Source of the DNA: a virus | IMG/VR virus record: IMGVR_UViG_3300003937_000247 | Reading direction: 5' to 3' (one strand) | DNA: 64,000 nt | In this document: piece by piece, positions 40,201 to 48,891 of the stretch | Position numbering within the stretch: position 1 is the first letter of the stretch | How the letters are laid out: the number at the start of each line of letters is the position of its first letter | Notes under the pieces: model-generated | Seen by the model: the letters and a program-made list of their open reading frames with translations, nothing else | The model's database searches: none | What the model was told of the DNA's origin: nothing | Made by a program: the position numbers and the translations under genes

Positions 40201-43200
40201 ATGACGCTTACGAAACTACTTTTGCAATTACAGACCCAACAGCAGATAGAACAATTACATTCCAAAATGGTACAGGTACCGTTGCTTTCTTAACAGATGT
40301 AACTGGTGGTTCTACTCCTGGTGCTTTCACAACTATTACACTTAATAACAATATTACTTTTGAAGGCGATACGGCTAACGATTTTGAAACAACTTTAGCA
40401 GTTGTTGATCCTACAGCAGATAGAACAGTTAGTATTCCAGACGCTACAGGTACAGTATCATTAATTGCACATACAGAAACGTTAACAAATAAAACAATTG
40501 ATTTAGGAAACAATACTTTAACTGGTTCTTTAGCAGAATTTAATACTGCTTTACAAGGGGATAGTTTTGTTTCTTTAACTGGTTCTGAAACACTTACGAA
40601 TAAAACAATAACAAGTGCTACTCTAACAAACCCTACTATTGCTCAAATACTCGCAACAACATTTACGTTAAATGCAAGTGCCGACATTACATTAGACGCT
40701 GGTGGCCAAGATATTATTTTATCAGATGATGATACTATTGTTGGTACTATTAGTATGGGTAATTCTGATCTAGCAATTAGATCCAGGGTTTCAGATAAAG
40801 ATTTAATATTTAAAGGTAGTGATGGTGGTTCCGAAATCACAGCATTAACTTTAGATATGTCAGACGCTGGTGCAGCTATATTTAATCACAATGTAACTGT
40901 AGGAAATAATTTAGTAGTTTCAGGTAACTTAACTGTTTCTGGTGATACAACAACTGTTAATACTTCAACATTATCCGTAGAAGATCCATTAATTATAATG
41001 GCGTCTGGTAATAATGCGGCTGACGCTGTTGATATTGGTTTATATGGATTATATGACACAAGTGGTTCACAAGATTTATATTCAGGACTGTTTAGGGATG
41101 CTTCAGATACTAAATGGAAATTATTTAAAGACCTTCAGGCAGCGCCAACTACTACTGTTAATACAAGTGGTACTGGTTATGCAACTGGAACATTAGTTGC
41201 TAATTTAGAAGGAAATGTAACTGGTAATGTTACAGGTAATACATCTGGAACAGCTGCTACGGTTACGACCGCAGCTCAACCTGCAATTACTTCAGTAGGA
41301 ACTTTAACTACTTTACAAGTTGATAATCTTAACATTAATGGCAATACAATATCATCTACAGCAGGTACTGATTTAAATATTACACCATTAACAGGACAAC
41401 AAATTGTATTAGACGGAACAATAATAGTTGACGCTGGTGTAGTTACTGGAGCAACAAGTATTACATCAACTGCATTGGTTGGTGCTTTAACAGGAAACGC
41501 TTCTACAGCAACTGCATTAGAAACTGCTAGAACAATCGCTGGAGTATCTTTTGATGGTACTGCTAATATTGCGATTGCGTCAACAAATTTATCTGATACT
41601 GCTTCAATTGCATTATTAACAGCTTCACAAACTTTAACTAATAAGACATTAACAGCACCAACAATTAACGCAGCTACCGTAACAGGCGCTGTAACATTTG
41701 CTGGCGATGTAAACTTTGACTCTGGTACTTTATTTGTAGATGAAAGCGCAGATAAAGTTGGGATTGGAACGACTACGCCTGCGAGATCATTAGAAATTTC
41801 ACAATCAATTCCAGTAATCAGAATAACAGATACGGACGCTGCCGCTGGATATATGGAAATGGCAGGTGCAGGTGCTGAATTTAAATTTGATTTAGATAAA
41901 GATAACGCTTTAGATAATTCAATATTAACTTTTAGAGTTGATGGTAATTATGTAATGAAATTTAGAGATGGTGCGTCTGAATTTGCTGATGGTAGTGCTG
42001 CTTTTCCAAGTATTACTAACATCGGAGATGTAAACACAGGATTATACTTTAGTGCTGCTGATACAATGGCTTTTTCAGCTGGTGGTACTTCACAATTTAC
42101 AATGGCAGATGGAGTTATAGCTCCTGTTACAGATAGTGATGTTGATCTAGGTACAAACTCTTTACGTTTCAAAAATGCTTATATAGATAGTATCACAGGT
42201 GCTCTTACAGGTAACGCTTCTACAGCAACTACACTTGCAACTGCTAGAACAATTGCAGGTCAAAGTTTTGATGGTTCAGCAAACATAACTATTGCTTCAA
42301 CAGATTTATCAGACACAGCAAGTATTGCTTTATTAACATCAACACAGACTTTAACTAATAAAACTTTAACAACACCTACTATTGCTCAAATTAATGCAAC
42401 TAACTTTTTACTAGACGCTTCAAATAATATTGATATAGACGCTGGTGGTGGAGATGTAACATTTAAAAAAGGTGGTACTGCTTGGGGACTATTCAAAGAA
42501 TCAAGTGGTGACGCTGTATTTGAAGTTAAGACTAACAACAAAGATATGGTCTTCAAAGGTGAAGATGATGGTTCATCTATCACAATGCTTACACTTGATG
42601 GTTCAGACGGTGGTACTGCTATATTCAATAAAGATATAAAACTTGGTGATAGTAAAAACATTGAGTTTGGTGCAAGTGGCGATTTAAGATTATACCACGA
42701 TGGTTCAAATTCGTATATAGATGACGTAGGAACAGGTGCTATTGTCGTTAGAGGTTCAGCAATTAATATACAATCAGATAGTTTAAATCTTAAAAACTAT
42801 GCAGGCGATGAATCATATCTAGTAGGTACAGCAGATGGTGCTGTAGAAATCAGATACGATAATAGTAAGAAATTTGAAACAACATCTTCAGGTGTAACAA
42901 TAACAGGTGCGGCTGTCGCTACTGGATTTACTGGTGCTCTTACAGGAAACGCTTCCACAGCAACTGCATTAGAAACTGCTAGAACAATTGCAGGTGTATC
43001 ATTTGATGGTAGTGCAAATATTGCTATTGCGTCAACTGATTTATCTAACACATCAAATATTACTTTAAATGACGCTTCGCAAACTTTAACGAATAAAACA
43101 TTAACTACTCCTACTATTACAGAAATAGATAGTGGTTCTACAATTACATTAGACGCTACAACAGATATTAATTTAGACGCTGATAGTGGGTATGTTTATC

Positions 43201-44561
43201 TTAAAGACGCAGCTACAGCTGTTGGACTTTTTAAGTTAACTGGATCAGATTTCTATGCCAAATCTGTTGTACAAGATAAAGATATAATATTCCAAGGAAA
43301 TGATGGTGGTTCAACTATCACAGCATTAACTTTAGATATGTCAGACGCTGGTTCTGCTATATTTAATCACAATGCAACTATAGGAAATAATTTAGTAGTT
43401 ACAGGTGACTTAACAGTAAATGGTACAACTACAACTGTTGCAACTACAAATACAACTGTAGCAGACTCACTATTAGAATTAGGAAATGGTACTTCAGGTA
43501 CTCCTTCCAATGACGCTGGTTTAGTAATAGAAAGAGGCGATTCAAATAACGCATTTATAGGATTTGACGAGTCGGCAGATAAGTTCATTGTTGGTACAGG
43601 AACATTTACTGGTGCTTCAACAGGCAATCTAACAATTACAACTGGAACATTAGTTGCTAATTTAGAAGGAAATGTAACTGGTAACGTAACAGGTAATACA
43701 TCTGGTACTGCTGCTACAGTTACAACTGCAGCTCAACCTGCAATTACTTCAGTAGGAACTTTAACAGCTCTTTCAGTTGACAATATAACTATAAACGGCA
43801 ATGATATTTCCTCTACAGCAGGAACAGATTTAACAATAACTCCATTAACAGGACAACAAATTGTACTTGATGGTACAATCGTAATTGACGCAGGTGTAGT
43901 TACAGGTGCAACAAGTATTACAAGTACTGCATTTGTTGGCGCCTTAACAGGAAATGCTAGTACAGCAACATTAGCTTCTTCAGCAACTGCATTAGCAAAT
44001 GCTAGAACAATCGCTGGTCAAAGTTTTGATGGTACTGGTAACATAACAATTGCTTCAACAGATTTATCTGATACTTCTGCTGTTTCATTATTGACTGCAA
44101 GTCAAACATTAACAAATAAAACATTAACAAGTCCTGTAATCAACACAGGTGTTTCTGGTTCTGCTATTGCTGATGAAGACAATATGTCTTCTGATTCGGC
44201 AACGAAATTAGCAACACAACAAAGTATTAAAGCATATGTAGATGGACTAGCTTTATCATTAATTGATGAAGACAATATGTCAAGTGATAGTGCTACACGT
44301 CCACCTTCTCAACAATCAGTTAAGGCTTATGTGGATGATAATGTTTCAAGTGTTTCAGCTTCAAGTACAACTACATTTACTAATAAAACAATATCAGGTT
44401 CATCAAACACAATCACAGGATTAAACGCTGCCAGTATGGGTGGCGGAAGTGTTTCAAACACAGAATTTGACTTTTTAAATGGGGTCACAAGTGCAATTCA
44501 AACACAATTAGATAATAAATCAACGAAAGGTTTTGCTATTGCGATGGCAATTGCATTATAA
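37212..44561 (+). CDS. Giant repeat-rich fibre protein (2449 aa)
   Basis: Many TLTNKTLT, 'DED.M..DSAT.LATQQSIKAYVD', 'ARTI.G.SFDG.ANI' and 'ANLEGNVTGNVTGN' modules; ends GFAIAMAIAL. Confidence 0.85.
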   Translation: MASKTPIRATLSGSTVTGLAEFQSGDFIPLSAGGIGASLSIGSAGQVLKVNTGASALEFGSVEAIVNIDGATDLESATLAVGDKILLSDGGTEGRVLLSQLDTLFSGTSKTLTNKTINSNANTLHIDLDDLGTFTGTLAEFNAGLQGDSFVSLTGSETLTNKTLTTPTLTSPVLNTGVSGSAVKDEDNMASDSATHLATQQSIKKYVDDSILTKDNTDEITEGSTNLYYTNARADARITNALKDEDNMASDSATHVPSQQSVKAYVDATVTAEDLDITTDSGTIAIDLDSETLTVTGGTGLDSSATGNAVTLAIDSTVTTLTGSQTLTNKTLTSAVLNTGVSGSAILDEDNMATNSATQLATQQSIKAYVDALSQAFTIAADSGSNDTVTVGTDTLTFAGGTGIDTTVSNNQISSAIDATVATLAGSQTLTNKTLTTPVIAEIDATGNFDIDAVANVNIDSGSNIISFSTGGTGFLQLQNDSGSTWIRNTGQDNDIKFVGNDGGGTITALTIDMSDGGHAIFNNDITVPLNIYTDGNLNVRVDNKKIRIGAGEDLQLYHDGTNSYITNDQGALKIATETSGIAITLGHGTSEVTVADNLTVGGNTTITGNLNVNGTTTTLATTNSIIADTLIELGNGVSGTPGNDSGIVIERGDLNNAFIGFDESADKFIVGTGTFTGASTGNLTITTGTLVANVEGNVTGNVTGNADTATALANARTIGGVSFDGSANISLPGVNSAGNQNTTGSAATLTTARTIGGVSFDGSAAINLPGVNASGSQDTSGNAATATKLATARAIAGQNFDGTAAITIASTDLSNTAAITLLTASQTLTNKTLTSPVLNTGVSGSAILDEDAMGSNSATQLATQQSIKAYVDAKVTAEDLDITTDSGTIAIDLDSETLTVTGGTGLDSSATGNAVTLAIDSTVATLTGSQTLTNKTLTAPVIATISNTGTLTLPTSTDTLVGRATTDTLTNKTLTAPNLSGVQITDGSLVFEGATDDAYETTFAITDPTADRTITFQNGTGTVAFLTDVTGGSTPGAFTTITLNNNITFEGDTANDFETTLAVVDPTADRTVSIPDATGTVSLIAHTETLTNKTIDLGNNTLTGSLAEFNTALQGDSFVSLTGSETLTNKTITSATLTNPTIAQILATTFTLNASADITLDAGGQDIILSDDDTIVGTISMGNSDLAIRSRVSDKDLIFKGSDGGSEITALTLDMSDAGAAIFNHNVTVGNNLVVSGNLTVSGDTTTVNTSTLSVEDPLIIMASGNNAADAVDIGLYGLYDTSGSQDLYSGLFRDASDTKWKLFKDLQAAPTTTVNTSGTGYATGTLVANLEGNVTGNVTGNTSGTAATVTTAAQPAITSVGTLTTLQVDNLNINGNTISSTAGTDLNITPLTGQQIVLDGTIIVDAGVVTGATSITSTALVGALTGNASTATALETARTIAGVSFDGTANIAIASTNLSDTASIALLTASQTLTNKTLTAPTINAATVTGAVTFAGDVNFDSGTLFVDESADKVGIGTTTPARSLEISQSIPVIRITDTDAAAGYMEMAGAGAEFKFDLDKDNALDNSILTFRVDGNYVMKFRDGASEFADGSAAFPSITNIGDVNTGLYFSAADTMAFSAGGTSQFTMADGVIAPVTDSDVDLGTNSLRFKNAYIDSITGALTGNASTATTLATARTIAGQSFDGSANITIASTDLSDTASIALLTSTQTLTNKTLTTPTIAQINATNFLLDASNNIDIDAGGGDVTFKKGGTAWGLFKESSGDAVFEVKTNNKDMVFKGEDDGSSITMLTLDGSDGGTAIFNKDIKLGDSKNIEFGASGDLRLYHDGSNSYIDDVGTGAIVVRGSAINIQSDSLNLKNYAGDESYLVGTADGAVEIRYDNSKKFETTSSGVTITGAAVATGFTGALTGNASTATALETARTIAGVSFDGSANIAIASTDLSNTSNITLNDASQTLTNKTLTTPTITEIDSGSTITLDATTDINLDADSGYVYLKDAATAVGLFKLTGSDFYAKSVVQDKDIIFQGNDGGSTITALTLDMSDAGSAIFNHNATIGNNLVVTGDLTVNGTTTTVATTNTTVADSLLELGNGTSGTPSNDAGLVIERGDSNNAFIGFDESADKFIVGTGTFTGASTGNLTITTGTLVANLEGNVTGNVTGNTSGTAATVTTAAQPAITSVGTLTALSVDNITINGNDISSTAGTDLTITPLTGQQIVLDGTIVIDAGVVTGATSITSTAFVGALTGNASTATLASSATALANARTIAGQSFDGTGNITIASTDLSDTSAVSLLTASQTLTNKTLTSPVINTGVSGSAIADEDNMSSDSATKLATQQSIKAYVDGLALSLIDEDNMSSDSATRPPSQQSVKAYVDDNVSSVSASSTTTFTNKTISGSSNTITGLNAASMGGGSVSNTEFDFLNGVTSAIQTQLDNKSTKGFAIAMAIAL
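41184..43969 (+). repeat. Internal ~330-bp duplication in giant fibre gene (41184-41512 vs 43641-43969)
   Basis: Near-identical 'TGTLVANLEGNVTGNVTGNTSGTAATVTTAAQPAITSVGTLT...ITPLTGQQIVLDGTI..DAGVVTGATSITST' at DNA and protein level. Confidence 0.8.
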
Positions 44562-44572
44562 ATATATAAATA
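44557..44572 (+). promoter_or_regulatory. Tandem late promoter TATAAATA-TATAAATA
   Basis: Two abutting exact boxes overlapping the giant fibre stop codon. Confidence 0.75.
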
Positions 44573-44585
44573 AGAGAGATATAAT

Positions 44586-44912
44586 ATGGCACAAAATTTT
44601 AGAAGATATATAGCAAGAAACGTTGGGACGTCTGCTTCAACACTTTTTACTGCTAACAGTTACGATACTGTTATAGGTATCGCTTTGGCGAATACAACGT
44701 CAAGTGAAATTAAAGTAGATGTTTATATTAATGATGGATCAAATGACTATTATCTTATAAAAAATGCACCTATTCAAACTGGTGGGGCTTTACAAATTAT
44801 AGACGGAGGAGCAAAATACGTAGTACATTCTGCTGACGTATTAAAAGTAGTATCTGATACTGCTAGTTCTTGTGATGTAGTTGTAAGTACAGTAGATGAT
44901 ATATCAAGTTAG
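44586..44912 (+). CDS. Small beta-rich virion/adaptor protein
   Basis: 'MAQNFRRY...YYLIKNAPI..GGALQIIDGGAK.V....D.LKV.SDTASS.DV.VS.VD'. Confidence 0.7.
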   Translation: MAQNFRRYIARNVGTSASTLFTANSYDTVIGIALANTTSSEIKVDVYINDGSNDYYLIKNAPIQTGGALQIIDGGAKYVVHSADVLKVVSDTASSCDVVVSTVDDISS

Positions 44913-44919
44913 GAAATAA

Positions 44920-45198
44920 ATGGCTTACATAGGAAATAACGTTACACAAACTGCTGTTGATACAACAGATCAAAGATTTGACGAATTTAAGGCAACATCA
45001 ATTGACGCTTCTGCTGTACAGACGATATTTTTAGGCGGAGATGAAACGGCAGTAAGTGGTTCTCCAGAAGACGCTTTCGGCGTTTCTTTGAATAATGTAA
45101 GTGCTGATTGTAATCACAAAACATATAGAAGAATTGATATGGGTAATGTAGTTGCCGTAGTAGGCGTAGTTGACTTTGGTTATGTAGCAAGTTCATAA
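44920..45198 (+). CDS. Small adaptor protein (MAYIGN start)
   Basis: AGGA RBS; MAYIGN N-terminus common in phage fibre genes; ends 'IDMG...VDFGYV'. Confidence 0.65.
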   Translation: MAYIGNNVTQTAVDTTDQRFDEFKATSIDASAVQTIFLGGDETAVSGSPEDAFGVSLNNVSADCNHKTYRRIDMGNVVAVVGVVDFGYVASS

Positions 45199-45260
45199 TA
45201 TTATGAATTTTAGGAAAATAAAGTAACGTAAAAAAAAAGGGAGTTCAAATAACTAAATAT

Positions 45261-45268
45261 TATAAATA
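45261..45268 (+). promoter_or_regulatory. T4-type late promoter TATAAATA
   Basis: Exact consensus upstream of 45306. Confidence 0.8.
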
Positions 45269-45305
45269 ATAGAAGTTAGTTTGTTACAAAAGGGAGAGAA
45301 CAACA

Positions 45306-47957
45306 ATGCCAACAATTTTACAATTAAGAAGAGGTACTACTGCTGAAAACGCTGCCTATACAGGCTCAGTTGGTGAAATAACGGTAGATACTACATTAGA
45401 TAAAGTTATCTTACACGATGGTTCTACTGCAGGTGGTACAACGGTTGGTAACTTACAAGGAGTAATTCAATTAGGTAAGACAGCAACAGGAGAAATAGAC
45501 ACTTCTTCTGGAAATCTTACAATAGATTCAGCAGGTGGCACAGTCGCCATTGACGATAACGCAACAGTTTCAGGAACATTAGGTGTTACAGGAGTAGCAA
45601 CATTTTCTACTCACGTTGCAATGGGCGATAGTGATATTTTAAAAATAGGTGCTGGACCAGATTTAACATTATACCACGACGGAACAAACTCATACATTAC
45701 AAATTCAACAGGTGCTTTAAAAGTTGCAACAGAAACTTCTGGTGTAGCGATTACATTAGGGCACTCAACTTCGGAAGTTACAGTTGCAGATAACCTTACG
45801 GTTACTGGAAACCTTACAGTTTCTGGAACAACAACAACTGTAGATTCTACAACAGTTAATATACAAAATGCTTTTGTTTTTGAAGGTGCAACAGATGACG
45901 CTTACGAAACAACTTTAACAACAGTTGACCCAACAGCAGATAGATCAGTAAGTTTACCAAATGCTACTGATACACTAGTTGGTAAAGCAACAACAGATAC
46001 ACTTACAAATAAATCAATTGATTTAGCAGATAATACACTTACAGGTTCTTTAGCAGAATGGAATAGTGCATTACAAAGTGAAAGTTTTGTTTCATTAACA
46101 GGTTCAGAAACATTAACAAATAAAACTTTAACAACACCAACATTAACTACACCTGTTATTAATACAGGTGCAAGTTTAAAAAATGGTTCATCTAGTGCTG
46201 GTTACGCTGATTTTTATGAAGATAGTGATAACGGTACAAATAGAGTTAGATTAATTGGACCTGCTTCTACAGCAGATGTCACTTTAACTTTACCTGCTTC
46301 TACTGATACATTAGTTGGTAAAGCAACAACAGACACATTTACAAATAAAACATTAACAAGTCCTGTTATTAATACAGCAGTTTCAGGAAGTGCTATACTT
46401 GATGAAGACGCAATGGGATCAAATAGTGCAACTCAACTTGCTACTCAACAATCAATCAAAGCTTATGTTGACGCAAAAGCGACAGCAGCAGATTTAGATT
46501 TAACTTCAGACTCTGGAACAATTGATATTGATTTAGATTCTGAAACATTAACAGTTGCTGGTGGTACTGGAATTGATTCAAGTGCTACAGGTACTACAGT
46601 TACAGTTGCTGTTGACTCAAATGTTGTTCTTTTAACAGATAGTCAAACTTTAACAAACAAAACTTTAACAGCACCAACAATTACAAGTCCTGCAATAAAT
46701 ACAGGAGTTTCAGGTTCTGCCATAAAAGACGAAGACAATATGGCGTCAGATTCTGCTACTCACTTATCAACTCAACAATCAATTAAAGCATACGTTGACT
46801 CAAAAGTAACAGCAGAAGATTTAGATTTAACTACAGACTCTGGAACAATTGATATTGATTTAGACTCTGAAACGTTAACAATCGCTGGTGGTACTGGATT
46901 AACTTCAAGTGCGACAGGAACTACAGCAACACTTGCTATTGACAGTACAGTAACAACATTAACAGGAACACAAACATTAACTAATAAAACATTAACAAGT
47001 GCTGTGTTAACAACACCACAGATTAATGATACTTCAGCGAATCATCAATATGTATTTGCTGTAAGTGAATTAGCAGCAGATAGAACAGTAACTTTACCTT
47101 TACTAACTGGTAATGACCAAGTTACTATGGATGCTCACGCAACTACATTAACTAACAAAACAATTGATTTAGCAGATAATACTGTAACAGGTTCACTTGC
47201 TGAGTTTAATACTGCATTACAAAGTGAAAGTTTTGCTGGTCTTGCGGCTGCACAAACATTAACGAACAAAACTATATCAGGTTCTTCAAACACATTATCT
47301 AATATTGCTAATGGTTCATTAACCAATTCTGCAATAACAGTTTCAGATGGTTCCAATACTACAGCAGTTGCTCTAGGCGGAACAATGACATTTGCTGGAA
47401 CTAATAATGAAGTAGAAGTTGCTGAAAGTTCAGGAACAGTAACTATCGGATTACCTGCTAACGTAACAATCTCTGGAAACTTAACTGTTTCTGGCGATAC
47501 TACTACAGTTAATACTGCAACATTGGCAGTAGAAGACCCATTAATTTCTCTGGCAACAGGAAACAATGCGGCTGACGCTGTTGATATCGGGTTATATGGA
47601 TTGTATGATACATCTGGTTCACAAGACCTTTACGGTGGTATCTTTAGGGATGCTGGCGATGGTAAGTGGAAAGTATTTAAAGACAATCAAGCAGCTCCAA
47701 CAACAACTGTAAACACAAGTGGTACAGGATATGCTGTTGGAACAATTGTTGCAAACCTAGAAGCAACAACTGCTACATTGGGTGGCGTAGATATTTTATC
47801 TACAACTAATAGTAAAACAGTTACGAACAAAACTATTAACTGTTCTAATAATACAATTTCTAATATTGTTTCATCTATGTTTGCTAGTGCTGTAACATTA
47901 CAGATACTAGATTCTGGTGGTTCAACTGTTAAGACAATTGTTGGTTCTGCTACGTAA
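45306..47957 (+). CDS. Fibre protein with Mtd/hyaluronidase-type N-terminus (883 aa)
   Basis: 'LQLRRGTTAEN..YTG..GEITVDT......HDG.TAGG' N-terminus; same fibre modules as the 2449-aa protein. Confidence 0.85.
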   Translation: MPTILQLRRGTTAENAAYTGSVGEITVDTTLDKVILHDGSTAGGTTVGNLQGVIQLGKTATGEIDTSSGNLTIDSAGGTVAIDDNATVSGTLGVTGVATFSTHVAMGDSDILKIGAGPDLTLYHDGTNSYITNSTGALKVATETSGVAITLGHSTSEVTVADNLTVTGNLTVSGTTTTVDSTTVNIQNAFVFEGATDDAYETTLTTVDPTADRSVSLPNATDTLVGKATTDTLTNKSIDLADNTLTGSLAEWNSALQSESFVSLTGSETLTNKTLTTPTLTTPVINTGASLKNGSSSAGYADFYEDSDNGTNRVRLIGPASTADVTLTLPASTDTLVGKATTDTFTNKTLTSPVINTAVSGSAILDEDAMGSNSATQLATQQSIKAYVDAKATAADLDLTSDSGTIDIDLDSETLTVAGGTGIDSSATGTTVTVAVDSNVVLLTDSQTLTNKTLTAPTITSPAINTGVSGSAIKDEDNMASDSATHLSTQQSIKAYVDSKVTAEDLDLTTDSGTIDIDLDSETLTIAGGTGLTSSATGTTATLAIDSTVTTLTGTQTLTNKTLTSAVLTTPQINDTSANHQYVFAVSELAADRTVTLPLLTGNDQVTMDAHATTLTNKTIDLADNTVTGSLAEFNTALQSESFAGLAAAQTLTNKTISGSSNTLSNIANGSLTNSAITVSDGSNTTAVALGGTMTFAGTNNEVEVAESSGTVTIGLPANVTISGNLTVSGDTTTVNTATLAVEDPLISLATGNNAADAVDIGLYGLYDTSGSQDLYGGIFRDAGDGKWKVFKDNQAAPTTTVNTSGTGYAVGTIVANLEATTATLGGVDILSTTNSKTVTNKTINCSNNTISNIVSSMFASAVTLQILDSGGSTVKTIVGSAT

Positions 47958-48044
47958 TATTTAATTAATCCCTTAATTATCTATTTTTACCTAACGCATT
48001 TATGCGTAAACTAGGATTGAGCCTTATTAACAGTTAAAAAATCT

Positions 48045-48052
48045 TATAAATA
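48045..48052 (+). promoter_or_regulatory. T4-type late promoter TATAAATA
   Basis: Exact consensus upstream of gp13. Confidence 0.85.
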
Positions 48053-48071
48053 GTAATAAAGGAACTATTAA

Positions 48072-48887
48072 ATGGCTAATCCAAATACCAGAGAAACATT
48101 AAAACAGTATGCTTTAAGAACATTAGGCAAGCCTGTTATTGAGATTAACGTTGATGACGATCAATTAGAAGATAGATTAGATGAAGCGTTACAATATTTT
48201 TCACAATATCATTATGATGGTGTTGAGAGAACATACCTTAAATATAAAGTTACACAAGCAGACGTAGATAGAATAATATCTCCTGATGGAGATACTGCTT
48301 CATCAATCACTAAAAATTCAGTTACTACTGCATGGACTGAACAGAATAATTTTATATTAGTTCCAGAAGCCGTATTAGCAGTAACTAGAATATTCCCATT
48401 ATCAAATAGAGGCAATCAAAATATGTTTGATATGAGATATCAATTAAGATTAAACGACCTTTACGATTTTTCATCAACATCAATTATACATTATGATATG
48501 GTGTTAAGACATTTAGATTTTTTAGATCATTTATTAGTAGGTGAAAAACCAGTAAGATTTAATCAATATAATAATAAACTGTTTGTAGATATGGATTGGA
48601 AAACAGACATATCTGTAGGTGAGTTTCTTGTTATTGAATGTTTTAGAAAATTAGATCCAACAGTTATGACAGATGTTTATAATGACATTTATTTAAAACG
48701 ATATGTTACAGCATTAATCAAAAGACAATGGGGTGCTAACTTATCAAAATTCAATGGCGTTGCTATGTTAGGTGGTGTTACTCTTAATGGTCAACAAATA
48801 TTCCAAGAGTCACAAGACGACATAAAAAGATTAGAAGAAGAAATAAGAGGCACATACGAAACGCCTGTAACGTATATGATAGGATAA
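48072..48887 (+). CDS. gp13: Neck protein gp13
   Basis: 'LKQYALR.LGKPVIEINVDDDQ.EDR.DEALQ.F..YHYDG', 'KRQWGANL.KF.G....GGVTLNG'. Confidence 0.95.
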   Translation: MANPNTRETLKQYALRTLGKPVIEINVDDDQLEDRLDEALQYFSQYHYDGVERTYLKYKVTQADVDRIISPDGDTASSITKNSVTTAWTEQNNFILVPEAVLAVTRIFPLSNRGNQNMFDMRYQLRLNDLYDFSSTSIIHYDMVLRHLDFLDHLLVGEKPVRFNQYNNKLFVDMDWKTDISVGEFLVIECFRKLDPTVMTDVYNDIYLKRYVTALIKRQWGANLSKFNGVAMLGGVTLNGQQIFQESQDDIKRLEEEIRGTYETPVTYMIG

Positions 48888-48891
48888 TGCC

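Noticed and set aside
489-47566. Many minus-strand ORFs inside baseplate and fibre genes (e.g. 2054-2617, 38882-39397, 47135-47566)
   Set aside because: Fully overlap strong plus-strand genes; explained by codon bias; no RBS or motifs.
34368-47957. CRISPR array or DGR template/variable repeat pair in the repeat-rich region
   Set aside because: Repeats are in-frame protein modules with irregular spacing; both copies are coding; differences are not adenine-specific; no reverse transcriptase or cas gene in the window.
47994-48007. ACGCAT-TT-ATGCGT dyad between the last fibre gene and gp13
   Set aside because: Short stem without a U-tract; cannot assign as terminator or operator.
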